Source: Candidatus Daviesbacteria bacterium
Lineage (GTDB): Bacteria; Patescibacteriota; Microgenomatia; Daviesbacterales; UBA10151
Direction: 5' to 3'
DNA length: 64,000 bases
Assembly: GCA_028687915.1 (NCBI GenBank)
Contig: JAQTZF010000001.1
Coordinates: forward strand, 930,634-994,633
Part shown: piece by piece, positions 46,458 through 56,885 of the stretch
Position numbering within the stretch: position 1 is the first letter of the stretch
Layout of the letters: every line of letters begins with the position of its first letter
Translations under genes and position numbers: made by a program
The notes under the pieces: generated by a model
The model's input: only the letters and a program-made list of their open reading frames with translations
Database searches by the model: none
Told to the model about the DNA's origin: nothing

Positions 46458-48064
46458 TTCTTAATTTTACTGGCAGCTTTAACAAATCCTGTAAATAAAG
46501 GATGCGGTTGCAAAGGACGGGATTTTAATTCTGGATGAAATTGAGTTCCAATAAAAAATGGATGGTCTTTTAATTCTATAATTTCAACTAATTTACCATC
46601 AGGTGAAGTCCCTGCAATAACCAAGCCATTATTTTCCAGTTCCTGCTTATATTTATTATTAAACTCATATCGGTGACGGTGACGTTCACTAATTCTTTGT
46701 TTTCCATAAAGGCTTTTTGATATTGTTTTATTTTGCAAAACACAATCCCACGCCCCAAGTCTCATAGTCCCACCATAATTTTTTTCCAACAACTTTTTTT
46801 CTTGGTCTGGCATGATATGGATAACTGGATATTTGGTCTTAGAATTTATTTCTGTGGTATTTGCATTTGTAAAATCTAAGACATTTCTGGCAAATTCTAC
46901 TACTGCCAATTGCATTCCATAACATAATCCAAGGTAGGGAATTTTGTTTTCTCTACAATATTTAATTGTTTCTATTTTTCCTTCAATATCCCTTGAACCA
47001 AATCCACCTGGAACAATAATCCCTTGAAAATTTTTTAATAGACTTATATCTTTTTCAACTTTCCCTGCATCAATCCATTCTATTTCAGGTTTATATCCTA
47101 CTGTGTAGGCAGCATGTTTAAGTGCTTCAATTACTGAAATATATGCATCAGACAAAACACCATTACCACTGGAAAAATACTTTCCAACAATTCCAATTTT
47201 TATAGGTACTTTTGCAATTTCAACACTATGGACAAATTCCCGCCATTTTGCCAAATCCGTCTTTTTCCTTTTCAAATTTAATTTTTCTAAAATCCTATCT
47301 GTCAATTTACAAGCTTCAAAATTTAATGGTACTTCATAAACATTTTTTACATCAGGCGCTGGAATAATATCCTCTGGTTCTATTCCAGTATTAAAAGATA
47401 ATCTTTTAGCACGGGGAGCATCTATAGATTCTGTTGATCTTGCAAGTAAAATATCAGGCTGAATACCAACGGAATGTAAATCACGAACAGACATTTGAGC
47501 TGGCTTGCTCTTCATCTCACCTAAAAATGATGGTACTGGCAAATATGTTACATGAATATGTACAACTTCATTTTGTTTTTTAAGTTTTAATAGCCTATTT
47601 GCTTCAAGAAATAATACATTTTGATATTCACCAGTAGTTCCACCAATTTCTACAACAACTATGTCTGCATTATTAGCTTTCCCAGCCAATTGAATGCGTT
47701 CAATAATTTCCTGAGTTACATTATGAATATCAACATAGTCTCCCTCATATTCCAGGTTTCGTTCTTTTTGGATAACTGTTAAATAAATACTTCCTTGGGT
47801 AGCAATATTTGTGGAATTTAAACTTTCACCTAAGTATCTTTCATAATGCCCTAAGTCTTGGTCAGCTTCTTTACCATCATCAAGAACAAATGTTTCACCA
47901 TGAGCAAGCGGATTCATAGTTCCTGCATCAACATTTAAATAAGGATCCATTTTTAAAGGGACTACTTTATAACCAGCTGCTTTTAAAAGAAGGGCTATGG
48001 AAGCAGTTGCAATTCCTTTTCCTATTCCAGATATCACACCACCACTAACAAAAATATATTTCAT
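46454..48064 (-). CDS. pyrG: CTP synthase
   Basis: GGVISGIGKG, DPYLNVDAGTM, PGGFG, GLCYGMQ, ERHRHRYE, QFHPE. Confidence 0.97.
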   Translation of the reverse strand: MKYIFVSGGVISGIGKGIATASIALLLKAAGYKVVPLKMDPYLNVDAGTMNPLAHGETFVLDDGKEADQDLGHYERYLGESLNSTNIATQGSIYLTVIQKERNLEYEGDYVDIHNVTQEIIERIQLAGKANNADIVVVEIGGTTGEYQNVLFLEANRLLKLKKQNEVVHIHVTYLPVPSFLGEMKSKPAQMSVRDLHSVGIQPDILLARSTESIDAPRAKRLSFNTGIEPEDIIPAPDVKNVYEVPLNFEACKLTDRILEKLNLKRKKTDLAKWREFVHSVEIAKVPIKIGIVGKYFSSGNGVLSDAYISVIEALKHAAYTVGYKPEIEWIDAGKVEKDISLLKNFQGIIVPGGFGSRDIEGKIETIKYCRENKIPYLGLCYGMQLAVVEFARNVLDFTNANTTEINSKTKYPVIHIMPDQEKKLLEKNYGGTMRLGAWDCVLQNKTISKSLYGKQRISERHRHRYEFNNKYKQELENNGLVIAGTSPDGKLVEIIELKDHPFFIGTQFHPELKSRPLQPHPLFTGFVKAASKIKK

Positions 48065-48205
48065 AATTTCAATTACAAAACTTAAAATTGAAATTTCAAG
48101 CTCTGCTTATATAAACAATTTGGAGAATCCTAAAATGGGTAGTTTTTTAGGCCCTAACTATAATTACTGTTTTTGGGGTTTGATGTCAATGGGGATAATT
48201 AAAAA

Positions 48206-48490
48206 TTATGAAAAAAGGCTTAACCGACTAGGGTGCATTCCCTTAATCTGATTTTCAGCAGCCTCACGTTGCATCTGTGCTTTAATCTTAGCTGCTTCTA
48301 CAGGATCTACACTTTCTATTTGTGGTAGTCGCGGACAAAAATCATTTACTCTAGAGTGCAAAGTTGTAGGGCTGTTTGCATCATCTGTTATCATCTTTCT
48401 CTCTTTACCAAAGATATCATCAAACCCTGTTTCATTGGCAGAACCTGAAGAATCGCCGCTTGCTTCATAACCTAATGAATTTTCTATCAT
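48206..48490 (-). CDS. Hypothetical protein (orphan)
   Basis: 94-aa ORF between topA and pyrG; TATACT upstream. Confidence 0.45.
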   Translation of the reverse strand: MIENSLGYEASGDSSGSANETGFDDIFGKERKMITDDANSPTTLHSRVNDFCPRLPQIESVDPVEAAKIKAQMQREAAENQIKGMHPSRLSLFS

Positions 48491-48523
48491 TAATTAATTG
48501 ATAGTATATCCCGTAGTATCTTG

Positions 48524-50503
48524 TCAACTATCTGCTTTTTTGGGTTTCGTCCATGAAGCAAACTTACAATTTGGCCAATTTCTACATCCATAAAAAGGCC
48601 TGCCTTTTTTAGTTTTTCTCATTACTATCTCACCACCACAATCAGGACAAATAGCATCAACAGCCTGTTCATAACTTTCTGTATGTTTACAATCCGGAAA
48701 ACCAGAACACGCTAAAAACTTACCAAATTTACCAAACTTAATCACTAACTTCTTACCACATTCAGGACAATCTTTATCTGTTTCTTCAGCAATAACTTTT
48801 ACTCTCTCAGCTTCTCCTTCTACTTTTTCTAACTTTTCAGCAAAGGGCTTATAAAAACTGGAAATAATTGGTTTCCATTGTTTCTCACCAGTAGCAATAG
48901 AATCGAGATTATCTTCCATCTCTGCAGTAAAAGTATAATCAAAAATATCTGGGAAATATTTCATTAAAAAATTATTTACAGTTATCCCAAGCTCAGTTGG
49001 AAAAAATTTCTTTTCTCTTTTTTCAACATAATATCTATCCTGAATAGTAGATAAAATAGGTGCATAAGTTGAAGGTCTGCCAATACCCAACTCTTCCAAC
49101 TTTTTAATTAAAGAAGCCTCATTAAATCTGGGAGGTGGTTCTGTAAAATGCTGGTTTGGTAAAAGTGTAAGCAAACTTAAGCTTTCATTCTCTTTTAATT
49201 CTGGTAATGATTGTGAATCTTTTTCTCCTTCTTCTTCCTCTTCTATAACTTTTCCAAAAACTTTTAACCACCCATCAAATTTAATAGTACTTCCAGTTGC
49301 TCTAAACAAATATGAGCTTGCAGCAGTTACATCCACCGAAGTTTGATCCATCACAGCTTCGCTCATTTGAGAAGCCATCATTCTTTTCCAAATAAGTTCA
49401 TATACCCTTATATAATCGCGTGTCATCCCCTCTGATGTTTTTAAAGTTTCACCAGTCACATTTATATTAGTAGGTCTGATTGCCTCATGAGCTTCCTGAG
49501 CTACTTTTGATTTTGTTTTATAAACTCTGGCAGATTGTGGCACATAATTTTTTCCAAAATTTGTTTCAATATAACTTCTGGCTTGAGATATAGCTTGAGT
49601 AGATAAATTAACTGAATCTGTTCTCATATAGGTAATTAACCCATGCTCATATAATGTTTGAGCAATCATCATTGTTTTTTTAGCACTCATGCCTAAACGA
49701 TTAGATGATGTTTGCTGTAAAGTTGAGGTGGTAAATGGAGGAGCGGGAAATTTTCTAACTTCTTTTTTGGCAATTCTTGAAATTTTATATTCTGCTGCTT
49801 CTAAGGCTTTAACATGATTATTTGCTTCGATTTGATTATTTATTACTAATTTTTTACCATCTTTTTCAATGAGGTTTGCAATAAAATGTCCTGCACCGGA
49901 CTTAAGGTCTGCTTCAATGGACCAATATTCAACAGCTTTAAATGCATTTACTTCTGCTTCACGCTCTACAATTAAACGTAATGCAACAGACTGAACTCTT
50001 CCCGCAGATAATCCGGATTTAACTTTTCTCCATAAGAGAGGGGATAATTTATAACCTACTATTCTATCTAAAACTCTTCTGGCTTGTTGGGCATCTACCA
50101 ACCTTAAGTCAACTTCTCTGGGATCCTCAAAAGCCTCCTTAATAGCACTTTCTGTAATTTCATGAAAAGCTACCCGGGATGTAGGAATCTTTGCCATTCC
50201 CTTGCTTTCTGTTAAAAGATACTGCAAATGCCAGGCAATTGCTTCTCCTTCACGGTCAGGGTCTGTTGCTAACCATAAATTTTCTGCTGTTTTAGCAATT
50301 TTTTTTAACTCATTAACTTTTTTAACTTTATCTCTTGGAACAACATATTTTGGTTCAAAATTATTTTCGGTGTCAATTCCTAATTCTGATTTTGGTAAAT
50401 CTCTGATATGACCCATTGAAGCTTCCACGCGATAATCGCTTCCAAGATATTTGGAAAGAGTTCTGGCTTTGGTTGGTGACTCAACAATAACTAAATTTTT
50501 CAT
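48524..50503 (-). CDS. topA: DNA topoisomerase I
   Basis: VIVESPTK, DPDREGE, SAGRVQS, LITYMRTDS, C-terminal zinc ribbons. Confidence 0.97.
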   Translation of the reverse strand: MKNLVIVESPTKARTLSKYLGSDYRVEASMGHIRDLPKSELGIDTENNFEPKYVVPRDKVKKVNELKKIAKTAENLWLATDPDREGEAIAWHLQYLLTESKGMAKIPTSRVAFHEITESAIKEAFEDPREVDLRLVDAQQARRVLDRIVGYKLSPLLWRKVKSGLSAGRVQSVALRLIVEREAEVNAFKAVEYWSIEADLKSGAGHFIANLIEKDGKKLVINNQIEANNHVKALEAAEYKISRIAKKEVRKFPAPPFTTSTLQQTSSNRLGMSAKKTMMIAQTLYEHGLITYMRTDSVNLSTQAISQARSYIETNFGKNYVPQSARVYKTKSKVAQEAHEAIRPTNINVTGETLKTSEGMTRDYIRVYELIWKRMMASQMSEAVMDQTSVDVTAASSYLFRATGSTIKFDGWLKVFGKVIEEEEEGEKDSQSLPELKENESLSLLTLLPNQHFTEPPPRFNEASLIKKLEELGIGRPSTYAPILSTIQDRYYVEKREKKFFPTELGITVNNFLMKYFPDIFDYTFTAEMEDNLDSIATGEKQWKPIISSFYKPFAEKLEKVEGEAERVKVIAEETDKDCPECGKKLVIKFGKFGKFLACSGFPDCKHTESYEQAVDAICPDCGGEIVMRKTKKGRPFYGCRNWPNCKFASWTKPKKADS

Positions 50504-50521
50504 AACTACTTTATTAAGGCT

Positions 50522-50538
50522 ACTGGTAGTTTACCAGT
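50522..50538. promoter_or_regulatory. Perfect 7-3-7 palindrome in the topA promoter spacer
   Basis: actggta-gtt-taccagt next to minus-strand TTGACA (50541-50546). Confidence 0.5.
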
Positions 50539-50598
50539 CTTGTCAAGCTTTTTGGGGATTGACACTGGTTTAAGAAACCCTGTAAAGTATTTAAGATT

Positions 50599-51024
50599 AT
50601 GGCAATTATAGAACAACGAGCTGTCTCAAAAGTTACTTTTATCGAACAAAGTCTTCAACCAGTTACAGATACTTCAAAAATAACAGATTTAATTGTCATT
50701 AAAAGAGGAGAAACACCATTTGATTTAGTACTTCTTATGTCTTTTAATAGAAATGCTCCTTTTTGTCTTCCGCCATCAGATAGTGATGAATCCTTCAGAG
50801 CTACCTTTAATTTAATGGAAGAAAGAGATGTAACCATGTACTCTCCAAGAGATCAACGACTTTTTCAAATAGATACCCCTATTTTTCAGCATACATACTT
50901 AGGAACCGGGAAATATACAGAACTACTAGCTTCACGAAAAGCTAGAAAAAGGGCTTTAATCGAAAAAATTGCCCGAAATATAAATTCCATACGAGCCTTA
51001 AAAGAAAGTACTCCAGTTCGATAG
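50599..51024 (+). CDS. Hypothetical protein (orphan)
   Basis: 141-aa ORF; TTGACA upstream. Confidence 0.55.
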   Translation: MAIIEQRAVSKVTFIEQSLQPVTDTSKITDLIVIKRGETPFDLVLLMSFNRNAPFCLPPSDSDESFRATFNLMEERDVTMYSPRDQRLFQIDTPIFQHTYLGTGKYTELLASRKARKRALIEKIARNINSIRALKESTPVR

Positions 51025-51029
51025 AATAG

Positions 51030-53546
51030 TTAAATCAACACTTGTTGGTCTAAAATAATTTTTTCTCCCTTTGGAACTTTGCCTTCTAAAATCATGACAG
51101 AAAGTCTAGCTTCTAAAGTATCCTGAATTAAGCGTCTTAAGGGTCTGGCTCCCATAACCTGGTCAAAACCTTTCTCAGCTAACTTTGCAATTAGGTCTTC
51201 TGAAAAATCAACAATATATCCCTGAAGTTTTAGTTGTTCTTTTAAAGAGGCAAGTTTTAAAATAACAATTTTTTGTAAATCCGCTTTTGATAAAGGCTTA
51301 AAAATAACAGTGGCATCAAATCTGTTTAAAAGTTCCGGAGTATATACTTTCATAAGTTCTTCTTTAACCAAAGGTTGTATTTGTTCAACTGTTTTCCCTT
51401 GCTGTAAATTTTGAGCAATAGTTAGGCTGGCAGCGTTTGAAGTGGCAATAATAATAGTATTACTAAAATCAATAACTCTTCCTTTACCATCAGTTAATCT
51501 TCCATCATCAAAAACCTGCAAAAATAAATTCAGGATATTTTTATCTGCTTTTTCAAACTCATCAAGCAAAATTAAAGAAAAAGGCTTTGTTCTTATAACA
51601 TCAGTAATTAATCCTTCATTAAACTCATCACCAATTAATCTTTTTATAGCATCAGTATTTTGAAACTCCGACATATCCAACCTTAAAAAATTTCCTTTTT
51701 CCAGAAAATAAGTTTCAGATAAAATTTTAGCTAGTTCTGTCTTACCAACACCAGTAGGACCTACAAAAAGGAATGACCCAATTGGTTTTTGTTGTTCTCT
51801 TAATCCTGCAGTTGCACGGCGCAATGTACTTGCAATAGTAGTCACAGCTTCTTCCTGATCTATAAATCTCTGATGAATTGTTTCCTCAAGGTTTAGTACC
51901 TGCTTTTTTGCTTCTACAGACGAATCTCCAACTGGAATTTTAACAGACGATTGGATAGTTTTTTCCACCACATTTTTTGTTATCCATCCATTAGTCTGAT
52001 TTACCTGACTTTGTTTAAATAGATGGATGGCTGAGTCTGGCAATACCCGGTCATGAATATACCTTTGTGAAAGATCAGCCATCTCACGAATAGCCAGCAT
52101 TGTGGTTTGAATTTTTGCTTTGCGTGAATAATCAATACTTCTGTCTTGTAAAATTTTTATAGTATCCTCAAGTGAAGCAGGAGGCAAATCAACTCTGGTG
52201 AAATTTCTTAAAAAAGCACTATTTCTTTCTAAAACCCTTGAATAATTTACAGGTTCTGTTGTAGTAATAAATTGTATTTTAGAAGATTCAATAAAAGGTA
52301 ATAACAGGGACAACAAGTTTAAACTAGCACCAGCTTCACCCAAACCAAAATTTTGAATTTCATCAACATAGATAATAATATTTCCAGAATAATTTGCTTC
52401 ATCAAAAATAGTTTTTAATTTTTCAGCCAATTCCCCTTGTTCCTTAATTCCAGATAACAGCCTGGTAAAGTCCAATGAAACTATTCTTTTGGTGGTTAAA
52501 GCAGGTGGAGCATCCCCAGCCACAATAATCTTAGCCAAGAATTTCACAAGAGCTGCTTTACCACTTCCAGGCTCAGCCACTAAAATTACATTTCTCCCTT
52601 CAGACAAAGACAATGTATTTATTACTTGAGATACTACTTCTTTTCTGCCTACAAAATCAGCAATATTTTCTGTAGTGGCTTGTTTTGTAAAATCATCACA
52701 TACAGAATCCAAAGTAGGCGTTGGTGTTCCTAACCAACCTCGATTTACACCTCTTAAATGATGTACAGCAAAATCTTCATCCCAAAATGGAATCATTCTC
52801 CATCTATCAGCTTTCTTTTGTAAGTAATCCAAAGTATCTATGAAGTCCTTTGTAGAAAGATTCATTTTCATAAGTTCATTTTCAATTTCTGGTATTGATA
52901 AAATAATACTGACAAAAAATATATCTTCAGTTAGATATGGCGCTTTGATTTGCTTAGCTATATCCCAAGCCTTTTGATTAATTGATACTTCTGAATAATC
53001 TTTTGGGAAATTAATAAAATCTTTTGGTGTTTTTTCCAAACTTACTAAAAATTGTCTTACGTTTTCACTTTTTAAAAGAAACATTAACTCAACATTCTTT
53101 TTGGAAACTTTACTACTTTGCCAAATATCTTCAACACGCTTTATCTGCCAAACCTTTTTTAAAGGATGAGCTAATATATGAAAACCAAATAAAATTAAAC
53201 CAGAGAAGAAAAAAAGTTTTAACAAAAGACCAAGTTCATTATTAATTAAAAAACAAACTACAGGCAAGGTAAACCAAATGATTGCAATAACAAAAACTAA
53301 AATAACTACACAAACAAATGCAAATAAACCTAATAATATTCTGGAAAGTCGAAATAAAATACTAAGCATTCTTCCGGTAATACTGGCATCATGGAACAGG
53401 GGAACAAATAATAATTTAAACATTAACTTTATGGCAAAATCTTCTTCTAATAATAAGAAGAGATTCTTTAAAGTACGCAAGAAAAACACTAAACTTTCAG
53501 GATACCAAAAACTTATTAAACGTATGGGCAGATAGGCAAGTTTCAT
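51030..53546 (-). CDS. ClpA/ClpB-family AAA+ ATPase with N-terminal membrane domain
   Basis: Hydrophobic N-terminal helices; D1 AEPGSGKAA/YVDEI; D2 GPTGVGKTE/LLDEFEKA, GRLTD, GARPLRR. Confidence 0.88.
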   Translation of the reverse strand: MKLAYLPIRLISFWYPESLVFFLRTLKNLFLLLEEDFAIKLMFKLLFVPLFHDASITGRMLSILFRLSRILLGLFAFVCVVILVFVIAIIWFTLPVVCFLINNELGLLLKLFFFSGLILFGFHILAHPLKKVWQIKRVEDIWQSSKVSKKNVELMFLLKSENVRQFLVSLEKTPKDFINFPKDYSEVSINQKAWDIAKQIKAPYLTEDIFFVSIILSIPEIENELMKMNLSTKDFIDTLDYLQKKADRWRMIPFWDEDFAVHHLRGVNRGWLGTPTPTLDSVCDDFTKQATTENIADFVGRKEVVSQVINTLSLSEGRNVILVAEPGSGKAALVKFLAKIIVAGDAPPALTTKRIVSLDFTRLLSGIKEQGELAEKLKTIFDEANYSGNIIIYVDEIQNFGLGEAGASLNLLSLLLPFIESSKIQFITTTEPVNYSRVLERNSAFLRNFTRVDLPPASLEDTIKILQDRSIDYSRKAKIQTTMLAIREMADLSQRYIHDRVLPDSAIHLFKQSQVNQTNGWITKNVVEKTIQSSVKIPVGDSSVEAKKQVLNLEETIHQRFIDQEEAVTTIASTLRRATAGLREQQKPIGSFLFVGPTGVGKTELAKILSETYFLEKGNFLRLDMSEFQNTDAIKRLIGDEFNEGLITDVIRTKPFSLILLDEFEKADKNILNLFLQVFDDGRLTDGKGRVIDFSNTIIIATSNAASLTIAQNLQQGKTVEQIQPLVKEELMKVYTPELLNRFDATVIFKPLSKADLQKIVILKLASLKEQLKLQGYIVDFSEDLIAKLAEKGFDQVMGARPLRRLIQDTLEARLSVMILEGKVPKGEKIILDQQVLI

Positions 53547-53908
53547 TATTTTACTCTAATCAAATTTCCTTTTTGATCAAGCTCGACAAAATGTTTAGCT
53601 CGACCCTCAATATATGCCTGACATTGGTTCTTAGGCAAATCATCAGCTGTAATCCTTGGGTTATGTACAATATCAGCCACCCAACCAGGAATTAAATCAT
53701 TTGTTAAACACGAACCATTTTCCAGATCTATCCCTTTTGACTGCTCTTTATACAAGCTAATAGCAGCAGAAACAGCTTTATCAACTTCTGGTGAATTTCC
53801 TTGTTTATAAATAAAAGTATTATCTCTTAAAAAAAGCATTACACCAAAAGATGTAATAATAATCACTAATAACACTATCCAAAATAGTACCTTTTTATTT
53901 GATAACAT
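53546..53908 (-). CDS. Conserved-looking membrane-anchored hypothetical protein
   Basis: TM helix plus GSCL...WVADI.H.PR...NQC...HFVELD; translationally coupled to the Clp ATPase gene. Confidence 0.7.
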   Translation of the reverse strand: MLSNKKVLFWIVLLVIIITSFGVMLFLRDNTFIYKQGNSPEVDKAVSAAISLYKEQSKGIDLENGSCLTNDLIPGWVADIVHNPRITADDLPKNQCQAYIEGRAKHFVELDQKGNLIRVK

Positions 53909-53920
53909 TACCTTATCTTA

Positions 53921-55009
53921 TCAAATTTTTGTATAGTTTCCTCCACCCAAATTTTTTACTACACCCTGAATCTCTAACTTTACTAAACTAGAAGAAATAA
54001 TAGCTGCAGAGAGCTTTAAATTTCTGCATAATTCATCTACATGCTGGTTTTCATTTTCCAAAGCATCATAAATTTTCTGCTCTATCTCTGATAATTTAAT
54101 ATCACTCCTAGTTCCTAAATCTAAATTCTTAAGTCCTTTTATACCCAACTCTTCCAGTATTTCTGATGGTTCTGTTACCAGCCTTGCCCCTTGTTTAATT
54201 AAAGCAGAAGGGCCTTTTGATAATTCTGAGGTAATTGGTCCTGGAATAGCAAAAACTTCTCTTCCCTGATCCAAAGCTAATTTAGCAGTAATTAATGAAC
54301 CTGAATTCTCTGCAGCCTCTGTAACAAGCGTTGCTTGTGATAGACCTGAAATAATTCTATTGCGGGCAGGAAAATTTCCAGGAAGAGATTGTTCAGAGGG
54401 AGCAAATTCAGACATAACTGCACCAAATCCATCAGCAATATTTTTTGCGAGTGAAATATTCTCTGAAGGAAAAATATTTTTTAATCCCCCGCCTAATATT
54501 GCTAAAGTCCTACCTTTAGCCTTAATCACAGCTTTATGTGCACAAGTATCAACTCCATGGGCTAAGCCTGAAACAATAGTTAAGCCAGCATTAGATAATT
54601 CTGTAGCAAATTTTTCTGTAATAACTGTGCCATAACCACTTATTTTTCTGGTTCCTACAATAGCTAAACAATTTTTATCTGCTGGTAATAAATCCCCAAG
54701 ATAATATAAAACAATTGGTGGATCATAAATTTCTTTTAAAAGTTTTGGGTATTTATCATCAAATATAGTTAAATATTTAATACCAGATTTTAAGATCCCT
54801 TCAACATATTTTTCCGGATCTAAAGTTTTTCTTGCATTTACCAAATTAGAGACAACTGATTGAGGAATTCCTCTTGTTAAAATTTCTTTTTCATTCAATT
54901 CCCAAATAACTTTTGGGTCTTCAAAATAATCTAATAAATTTTTTAATCTAATTGGTCCTAATCCATGAACAGAATGTAAAGCAAGTAGATAGGGCAGATT
55001 ATTTTTCAT
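53921..55009 (-). CDS. dprA: DNA-processing protein DprA
   Basis: YPKLL.EI.DPP, AIVGTR, VSGLA.GVD, FPARNRIISGLS, SGSLITA, C-terminal winged helix. Confidence 0.96.
   Translation of the reverse strand: MKNNLPYLLALHSVHGLGPIRLKNLLDYFEDPKVIWELNEKEILTRGIPQSVVSNLVNARKTLDPEKYVEGILKSGIKYLTIFDDKYPKLLKEIYDPPIVLYYLGDLLPADKNCLAIVGTRKISGYGTVITEKFATELSNAGLTIVSGLAHGVDTCAHKAVIKAKGRTLAILGGGLKNIFPSENISLAKNIADGFGAVMSEFAPSEQSLPGNFPARNRIISGLSQATLVTEAAENSGSLITAKLALDQGREVFAIPGPITSELSKGPSALIKQGARLVTEPSEILEELGIKGLKNLDLGTRSDIKLSEIEQKIYDALENENQHVDELCRNLKLSAAIISSSLVKLEIQGVVKNLGGGNYTKI
54105..54139. repeat. 7-nt periodic array in the dprA linker
   Basis: ctcctag ttcctaa atctaaa ttcttaa gtccttt; shares ttcctaaatct with 26083-26093. 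Confidence 0.5.
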
Positions 55010-55011
55010 TT

Positions 55012-56877
55012 TTATTCTCCTAATATTTTTGCTGAGGCAGATGCAAAGTGAACCCCACCAAAATCACTCAAATGATTTTTATCCGGACTAAAGTACCAGG
55101 TGAAAATATCTTTTACAACCGGAGCTGAAACATTTGATCCTTCCCCTCCTTTTTCCAGTAAAACTGTAGCAGTTAATTGGGGATTATCTATTGGAGCATA
55201 TGAAGTATACCAAGCCTGTGTTTTACCAACCTCCCCTGTTTCTGCAGTTCCTGTTTTACCTGCTGTAGGAATAGTAAAACCAAAAAATGGCCAGGCTGTA
55301 CCTTGTGATTGCGGAACCCTTGATAAACCTGACTTAACCAAATCAATATCTGCTTTTTTAAAGATATTATTCACAAGTGGATCATATTTGAATTGTTTAA
55401 TAATTTGGTTATCAGCTTTACTAATAAAATCTACAACACTTGGACGAAGGAGTGTACCGCTGTTTGCAATAAAAGAAGTTTCAGATAATATTTGTAAAGG
55501 AGTCACCAGTACAAACCCCTGACCAATTGCCATATGCAAACTATCACCTGGATACCAAACATCACCAATATTTTTTTGCTTCCAAGCACCATCCGGAATT
55601 AAACCATCTGCTTCACCTGGTAAATCTATCCCTAACTTTTTACCCATCCCTAATTTTTTGGCTGTATCTCCTAAAGTTTTTTCACCAACCAGCGCTCCTA
55701 ATTGATAAAAGAAAATATCATTTGACCTTTCCAAAGCTTTTACCACATCAACCATTCCATCTGTTTTTCCAGAAGAAATAAAATACCAATTAGCAAAACT
55801 CCAGGTATCAATTTTCATTACCCCTGTATCTTCTATTTGTGTACTACCAGTAATTTTACCTGATGATAATCCTGCTAAAGCTGAGGCAATTTTAAATGTA
55901 GACCCGGGGGCATAAGTACCAGAAATTGCTCTATTTAGAAGGGGTGAATTTGGATCATTAAAATAATTACTAATCAAATTATTTTTTCCTGGATCAGTAA
56001 AAGCATTATTATCATAAGAGGGAATAGAAACCATTGCCAAAATTTGGCCGTTATTTGGGTTTTGCACAATAGCTGCACCACAACAAATTTTTTCCTTATT
56101 TATTGCAGTACTTAAATACTGATATGTTGCCTTTTGTAAGTCTAAATCAATACTTAAATGGACATTCTGACCAGGAATTGGCTCAACTCTACCCAAAGTT
56201 CGAAGCTTATTACCGGATGCATCTATTTCAATAATTTCTGCTCCATCAATTCCTTTAAGTACAGATTCATAAACTTGTTCTACTCCAGACCTTCCAATGC
56301 GGTCTCCTAATTTATAATTTTTATTTTGGGTGTCTTTTAGTTCATCCTCAGAGATTTGGCCCACATACCCCAACACATGAGAAATAGCTTCACCTTGTGG
56401 ATAACGCCTAATCGAATCAATTTCCAGTTTATTTAAGCTGGGATCTTGTTTTGCCTCAAACATTAAGGATTCATCCCTCGTTATAATATTTTTACCAATT
56501 CTAAATCCGGGAGTATTTTCTGCCAAAACTTTATTATTTCTATCATATATAACACCACGGTGGGCATGGATAACCTTCAGTTGAATTCTATTAGAGTCTG
56601 CCCTTTGCTTATTTTCTGCTCCCATTACCACTTGTAGGTGAAACAATCTAAAAAAGATGCCGGCAAAAATTATCATCATTATGCTGGCTAAAATAGCTAG
56701 TCTCCAGGGAGAATGGGTCCTGACATCATCATCTTCTAAATTATAATTTGGTATAAAAGTATCAGCCCATTCATCATCATTGTTTATTTTATGACGCTTA
56801 AAATGACCAAAAGGGTGAGTAACTTTAAATACTTCATCTTTAAAAGCATAACCTAACTTTTTTTGCTTTATTCTCAT
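55012..56877 (-). CDS. mrdA: Penicillin-binding protein 2
   Basis: RG.IYDRN, PGSTFK (SxxK), SND, GKTGTAE; next to mreCD. Confidence 0.93.
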   Translation of the reverse strand: MRIKQKKLGYAFKDEVFKVTHPFGHFKRHKINNDDEWADTFIPNYNLEDDDVRTHSPWRLAILASIMMIIFAGIFFRLFHLQVVMGAENKQRADSNRIQLKVIHAHRGVIYDRNNKVLAENTPGFRIGKNIITRDESLMFEAKQDPSLNKLEIDSIRRYPQGEAISHVLGYVGQISEDELKDTQNKNYKLGDRIGRSGVEQVYESVLKGIDGAEIIEIDASGNKLRTLGRVEPIPGQNVHLSIDLDLQKATYQYLSTAINKEKICCGAAIVQNPNNGQILAMVSIPSYDNNAFTDPGKNNLISNYFNDPNSPLLNRAISGTYAPGSTFKIASALAGLSSGKITGSTQIEDTGVMKIDTWSFANWYFISSGKTDGMVDVVKALERSNDIFFYQLGALVGEKTLGDTAKKLGMGKKLGIDLPGEADGLIPDGAWKQKNIGDVWYPGDSLHMAIGQGFVLVTPLQILSETSFIANSGTLLRPSVVDFISKADNQIIKQFKYDPLVNNIFKKADIDLVKSGLSRVPQSQGTAWPFFGFTIPTAGKTGTAETGEVGKTQAWYTSYAPIDNPQLTATVLLEKGGEGSNVSAPVVKDIFTWYFSPDKNHLSDFGGVHFASASAKILGE

Positions 56878-56885
56878 TCTAAAAA

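Noticed and set aside
55100-55781. Plus-strand ORFs inside mrdA, and similar antisense ORFs in folD, recR, frr, mreB and others
   Set aside because: Antisense shadows of well-supported genes.
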